A stretch of 64,000 nucleotides of DNA from contig CAVVUN010000009.1 of assembly GCA_963751455.1 (NCBI GenBank), forward strand, positions 1 through 64,000. The letters are read 5' to 3'. A program made the position numbers and the translations under genes. Below, one piece after another: positions 59,891 through 64,000 of this stretch (position 1 is its first letter; every line of letters starts with the position of its first letter). The notes beneath the pieces were generated by a model. The model saw nothing but the letters and a program-made list of their open reading frames with translations. It was not told the origin of the DNA and searched no databases. This DNA is from Nitrospirota bacterium (GTDB taxonomy: Bacteria; Nitrospirota; UBA9217).

Positions 59891-61120
59891 ATGAAAAGAG
59901 GATTGTTCGTTGCGATTGCCGTATTCGTTCTATTTGCCGGTATTTCCTTTGCCGACGACTGGAACCTGGTAAAGAATGTGAAACGGCTGGAGCGTGTATC
60001 TCCCGATTATCCGGACGATAAGGACATCGACAAGAAGTTTCTTGACGTTCTCGATCTAACAGAGAAGACGAAGACCAACCCCGAAGTGTATCAGGCGCTA
60101 AAAAAGATTGCATCAATGCCTTCTTTGTCACAGAGCAAATACATGGATTCCTTTCTGTACTTCATGCTCGTCAAGTCATCATCGCTGTACAAGACGGGAA
60201 CAAGTGAGCCCGACTTCTGGCTGGGCCTTCTCAATTCTTATGACAAAAGCCCTCATCTCCTTGCTGCGCATCTTGTACGGATGAAACTCGCGGCGAAAAA
60301 TTCGTCTGACGTCCGCAGGGAGGCGCAGATCATTGCGGACTGGGTCAAAGCGCAAAAAAACGAGATGAAGGTCCGCGCGCCGGAATACACCGGCAACGTT
60401 CTGCTCGGTTACAAACCCCGTGTTTCTTTTGCTGAAGGAGAGTACCTCAAACTCTATAAACTCTCTTATTATATAGAGACTGTTACTCCTCCAGCCGGAT
60501 TTCTCGAAGACGACACGTATGTTTCCGTTCTTTCAAAGATTAAGGAAGGCCGCGAGGACATCTTGACCGAGATGGCGGCCATTTACCGCAAGATGGGAAA
60601 GCGAAAGGAAGCATCGGATATCCTTTTTCAGCATGCTATGCTGAAAGCGAATGCTAAGGATTTCCAACGGGCAAAGACACTCCTTGATGACGCTGTCAGG
60701 TTCAACCCGGAAAACGCCGCCGCGAAGAAGGAACGGGACAGGATAAAGCTTGAATTGACTTATCAATCGCTTGAACCAGCGGTCCCGGCTGCCGCGTCGG
60801 CGTCCGAGTCCGTTCAGGAAAAACAGGCAGAACCGGCCGCTGTCCCTGACCAATTGAAAAACGTGAATGGGTATCTGATTCCGGCCGATCGCATAATAGC
60901 CGAATCCGAGCTTCTGGGGAAAAGCAGAGCGGAACTTCGGGTAATGCGGAATGAAATTTTTGCCCGTCATGGAAAGATCTTTGAATCCGCGGACCTCAAC
61001 GATTATTTTTCTCAGAAGTCATGGTATACTCAAAATCCGAACTACTCGGACACTCTTTTGTCCGATATTGATAAAGAAAATATCAGAATCATTCGGGAAA
61101 CTGAGAACAGAGCACAATGA
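59891..61120 (+). CDS. Secreted TPR + YARHG-domain protein
   Basis: Signal peptide; TPR-like AKTLLDDAVRFNPEN; C-terminal LRVMRNEIFARHG.IF....L..YF....WY. Confidence 0.9.
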   Translation: MKRGLFVAIAVFVLFAGISFADDWNLVKNVKRLERVSPDYPDDKDIDKKFLDVLDLTEKTKTNPEVYQALKKIASMPSLSQSKYMDSFLYFMLVKSSSLYKTGTSEPDFWLGLLNSYDKSPHLLAAHLVRMKLAAKNSSDVRREAQIIADWVKAQKNEMKVRAPEYTGNVLLGYKPRVSFAEGEYLKLYKLSYYIETVTPPAGFLEDDTYVSVLSKIKEGREDILTEMAAIYRKMGKRKEASDILFQHAMLKANAKDFQRAKTLLDDAVRFNPENAAAKKERDRIKLELTYQSLEPAVPAAASASESVQEKQAEPAAVPDQLKNVNGYLIPADRIIAESELLGKSRAELRVMRNEIFARHGKIFESADLNDYFSQKSWYTQNPNYSDTLLSDIDKENIRIIRETENRAQ

Positions 61121-61183
61121 AATTCAAAATCGGCCTTGGGATAAAATCAACAACAGCTTCTTAAATACGAGAGTCCGAGCACT

Positions 61184-63598
61184 ATGCTATGTCGATTGAT
61201 TCATTTTGAAAAAAAGCAGACCGCTCTACTAGCTTTAGCAGGAGTTTTTTTCCTCGCGTTGCTGCTCGTGCTTACCGGCATTGCGTACCACCGCGCCCAC
61301 TTGACATCACCTGACCCTACCTATTTCCTGCGCGACCGGCATGGCGCGTTCCTTGGCGAGGTTGGTGCCCCTGTTGACGGTGAGTACGGCTATTGGGAGC
61401 TGGAAACCATGCCGCCGCGCGTGGCAGCGGCAACCCTCGCCGTCGAAGACCGGAGGTTCTGGAACCATCCCGGGGTCGATGTACTTGCTGTTGCCAGGGC
61501 CTTGTATCAGAATACCATTCGCCTGAAACGGTCTTCCGGCGCATCGACGATCGCCATGCAGGTGACGCGCATGCAGAATCCAGGCTCCCGAAGCTATCTC
61601 AGGAAAGCAGTGGAAGCAATGACGGCGTTCTTTATTACGGCCCGGTTCAACCGCGAGGATATTCTGAAACACTATCTTTGCATCGTCCCGTATGGAAACC
61701 GGATCCACGGCATAGCGTACGCCGCACGCCGCTATTTTGACAAGCCGGTGGATGATCTCAGCTGGGCTGAAACTGCTTTTCTGACCGCAATTCCTCAAGC
61801 CCCGAAACGCTTGAATCCTTTTACGGAACAGGGGAAGAAGCGCGCGGCCCTCAGGGGAAAACGCATCCTGGACCTGCTATATCGTGACAAAGCGCTGAAC
61901 AGGGAAGAGTACGAACTCGCCTGTCTCCAAATTGAGGATCTTGCGGTTCCGCGACCGGGCATCAGGCCTGAACAGGCCATGCATGCGTTGCTCAGGATGG
62001 AGAGCATGCTGAAAGACAAGTCAGTGCAGCTTCAACCCCAGACGGGTCGGCTGGTCACGACCACACTTGACCTGGACTTGCAAAATGAAATGAGCCGACT
62101 CGTGTACGAGACAATAAGAAAATGGGATGCTGCGGGCGCACGAAATGCTGCAGCCATTATCGTGGATCGTGAAAGCAACGAGATCCTGTCGTGGATCGGG
62201 TCTACCGATTATTTTAACGAGTCCCATTCGGGAGCAATCGATTACGGGGATGTTCCACGGTCACCGGGCAGCGCGCTAAAACCGTTCTTCTATGCTCTTG
62301 CTCTTGAATCGCGCGACATAACGCCCTCAACGATTCTGAACGATCTGCAGCGGGGTCCGGGTGGGATCGTGAATGCCGACGCATTATTCATGGGACCCGT
62401 TCTGCCTCGCGTTGCTCTTGCTAATTCCCGAAATGTACCTGCAGCGGCGCTCCTGGAACAAATCGGCATTGAAAAGGGATATGATTTTCTTCGCGTTCTC
62501 GGCCTGCACCATGGCGAAGAGCCTGCGAGCCGGTACGGCGTGGGCATGTCGATCGGAAATTTTCCGGTTACGCTCGAAAAACTCGTACGCGCGTATTCCG
62601 TATTGTCGCGAGAAGGCCGTCTCGACGATCTGGTATGGTTCAAGGGGCAGACGAAAACGGCATCGCGACGCGTTCTGTCAGAAGACACAACCAGGCAAAT
62701 TGCACTCTTTCTTTCCGATCCGCTTGCGCGGATGCCCGGATTTTCGCGCATGAGTGCGCTCGAGTTTCCTTTTCCTGTTGCAATTAAAACCGGCACTTCA
62801 TCGCGCTTTCGGGACGCGTGGGCCTTGGCATTTTCCGTCCGCTATCTCGTAGGCGTATGGGTAGGGGACCCGGATTTCCAGCCCATGAACCATCTTACCG
62901 GCTCGACATCTGCTGCGGAACTTGTTAAAAATATATTGACCACCCTGCACGCTGATCAGCAGACCGGATTAAATGATCTGTCCTTCCCGCCGCCCCGAGG
63001 CTTCAAAGCGGCGCGAGTGTGTGCCCTGACAGGGAACCTGGCAACTGATGCCTGCGATCGGGTGCTCCTCGAATGGTTCAGGCCATCGGAATACCCGGTC
63101 AATCACTGCTCGGTACATGTCCGGATCGCGATTGACGGTCGAACCGGCATCCCGGCGTTGTCGACGACACCTCGTGAGTTCATAACCGTCAGGACGTTTG
63201 TCGATCTCCCTCCACGATATGCCGACTGGGCTGCGGCAGCCGGGCTCAGTATGCCGCCCAAAAGGCCGGTTGACAATGCACTGTTCAAACCGGGTTCAGA
63301 GGAAGCGCTGCTTTCCCTTCGCGATAAAAAGGTTCTTGTAAATATCGTTTCCCCGGAAAACGGCCTGCGCCTGATTCGCGACCCTGAAACGCCAGAAGAC
63401 CAGGCAACACTGGCATTAAGGGCTGTTGTTGATCCCGTTGTTCCGCAACTGGTGTGGTATGTGGACGGGAAACCCTTCCAGGTTGCGGACTATCCCTACA
63501 CAGCGCGTCTTGCGCTCACTCCCGGGGAGCACACGATACAGGCAGGTTTTCCTGATGCGCCTTTTTCTTCAAGACGGGTCACAATAATTGTCCAGTAA
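61184..63598 (+). CDS. pbpC: Penicillin-binding protein 1C
   Basis: TG motifs EDRRFW.HPG and GASTIAMQ; TP motifs SALK, SRN, KTGTS; C-terminal WYVDG domain; follows A2M. Confidence 0.93.
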   Translation: MLCRLIHFEKKQTALLALAGVFFLALLLVLTGIAYHRAHLTSPDPTYFLRDRHGAFLGEVGAPVDGEYGYWELETMPPRVAAATLAVEDRRFWNHPGVDVLAVARALYQNTIRLKRSSGASTIAMQVTRMQNPGSRSYLRKAVEAMTAFFITARFNREDILKHYLCIVPYGNRIHGIAYAARRYFDKPVDDLSWAETAFLTAIPQAPKRLNPFTEQGKKRAALRGKRILDLLYRDKALNREEYELACLQIEDLAVPRPGIRPEQAMHALLRMESMLKDKSVQLQPQTGRLVTTTLDLDLQNEMSRLVYETIRKWDAAGARNAAAIIVDRESNEILSWIGSTDYFNESHSGAIDYGDVPRSPGSALKPFFYALALESRDITPSTILNDLQRGPGGIVNADALFMGPVLPRVALANSRNVPAAALLEQIGIEKGYDFLRVLGLHHGEEPASRYGVGMSIGNFPVTLEKLVRAYSVLSREGRLDDLVWFKGQTKTASRRVLSEDTTRQIALFLSDPLARMPGFSRMSALEFPFPVAIKTGTSSRFRDAWALAFSVRYLVGVWVGDPDFQPMNHLTGSTSAAELVKNILTTLHADQQTGLNDLSFPPPRGFKAARVCALTGNLATDACDRVLLEWFRPSEYPVNHCSVHVRIAIDGRTGIPALSTTPREFITVRTFVDLPPRYADWAAAAGLSMPPKRPVDNALFKPGSEEALLSLRDKKVLVNIVSPENGLRLIRDPETPEDQATLALRAVVDPVVPQLVWYVDGKPFQVADYPYTARLALTPGEHTIQAGFPDAPFSSRRVTIIVQ

Positions 63599-63605
63599 GA
63601 CTGCA

Positions 63606-63687
63606 TACCCTAAAAAATACCCCGTTTTATTTTCTTTATATCAATTATCAATTCTATTATACTTTGGTTGTAATTCTTTGATCTTCC
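63606..63687 (+). promoter_or_regulatory. TACCC direct-repeat site plus promoter (copy C)
   Basis: TACCCTAAAAAATACCCCG...TTTATA-17-TATACT TTGGTTG. Confidence 0.65.
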
Positions 63688-63864
63688 ATATTCGCGCCTA
63701 TTTGTTTTACGGACTGCAAATCTGAAGACTTTTTTTTCAAAAATATTAGTTGCTGGTGGCTTATGTAGATGGATGTTTTTTATGAATCATGCGGAGAGGA
63801 TGCAAGATAGCGGACGTAGTAGCGAAAGATTTTGATATTACTGAACTGAACAGGAGGTGTTGTC

Positions 63865-64000
63865 ATGAGTACTATAGGCGAGGGGATGAGCGGTCTGGAG
63901 ATGTTCTTTCTGATATGCGCTCTTATCGGCGGGGGACTCTTTGTAGTCAGGTTCGTGATCCAGCTCTTTGGCGGCAGCCACACCGACGGTGACATGGATA
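63865..64000 (+). CDS. 5' part of a membrane protein resembling NfeD/YuaF-like flotillin partners (runs off the window)
   Basis: RBS AGGAGG; MSTIGEGMSGLEMFFLICALIGGGLFVVRFVIQLFGGSHTDGDMD (TM followed by an Asp/His-rich linker). Confidence 0.55.
   Translation, partial: MSTIGEGMSGLEMFFLICALIGGGLFVVRFVIQLFGGSHTDGDMD

Overview
The window appears to join at least two unrelated DNA sources. Bases 1-~5260 look alphaproteobacterial. They carry a decayed NRAMP-family transporter, the 3' end of a CitE-like lyase, trpS, msrA, a small membrane protein, tRNA-Ser(GGA) and island debris. From ~5290 on, the gene content fits an anaerobic Nitrospirota/Desulfobacterota-like organism. That segment holds a truncated FN3 lipoprotein, SulP, a six-gene Ehr (hydrogenase-4-like, no Ni ligands) operon and a triheme cytochrome. 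It continues with a sigma54-controlled sulfur-relay cluster (activator, two DsrC/TusE-like proteins, a heme-c MCP fused to a PhnD-like domain, a ThiI-like/DUF814 protein, a sulfite-reductase-like-TusA fusion). Housekeeping genes follow (USP, kup, csp, rmuC, nadA, era, dedA), then a divergent HD-GYP/diguanylate cyclase pair and an orphan PatA/G-like protease. A 16-kb envelope operon near the end encodes an M15 peptidase, a ~1800-aa PPC-repeat protein, an alpha-2-macroglobulin, a YARHG protein and PBP1C. Many frameshifts before ~16 kb are probably sequencing errors. The most promising non-coding signals are: a shared 33-bp putative enhancer ahead of two sigma54 promoters; a TACCC direct-repeat promoter motif in three places; periodic 7/9-mer palindromic inserts at nearly every Ehr gene junction, one with a duplicated gene 3' end; and a bipartite dispersed element. 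All calls come from reading the sequence and recognising motifs; no searches were run.
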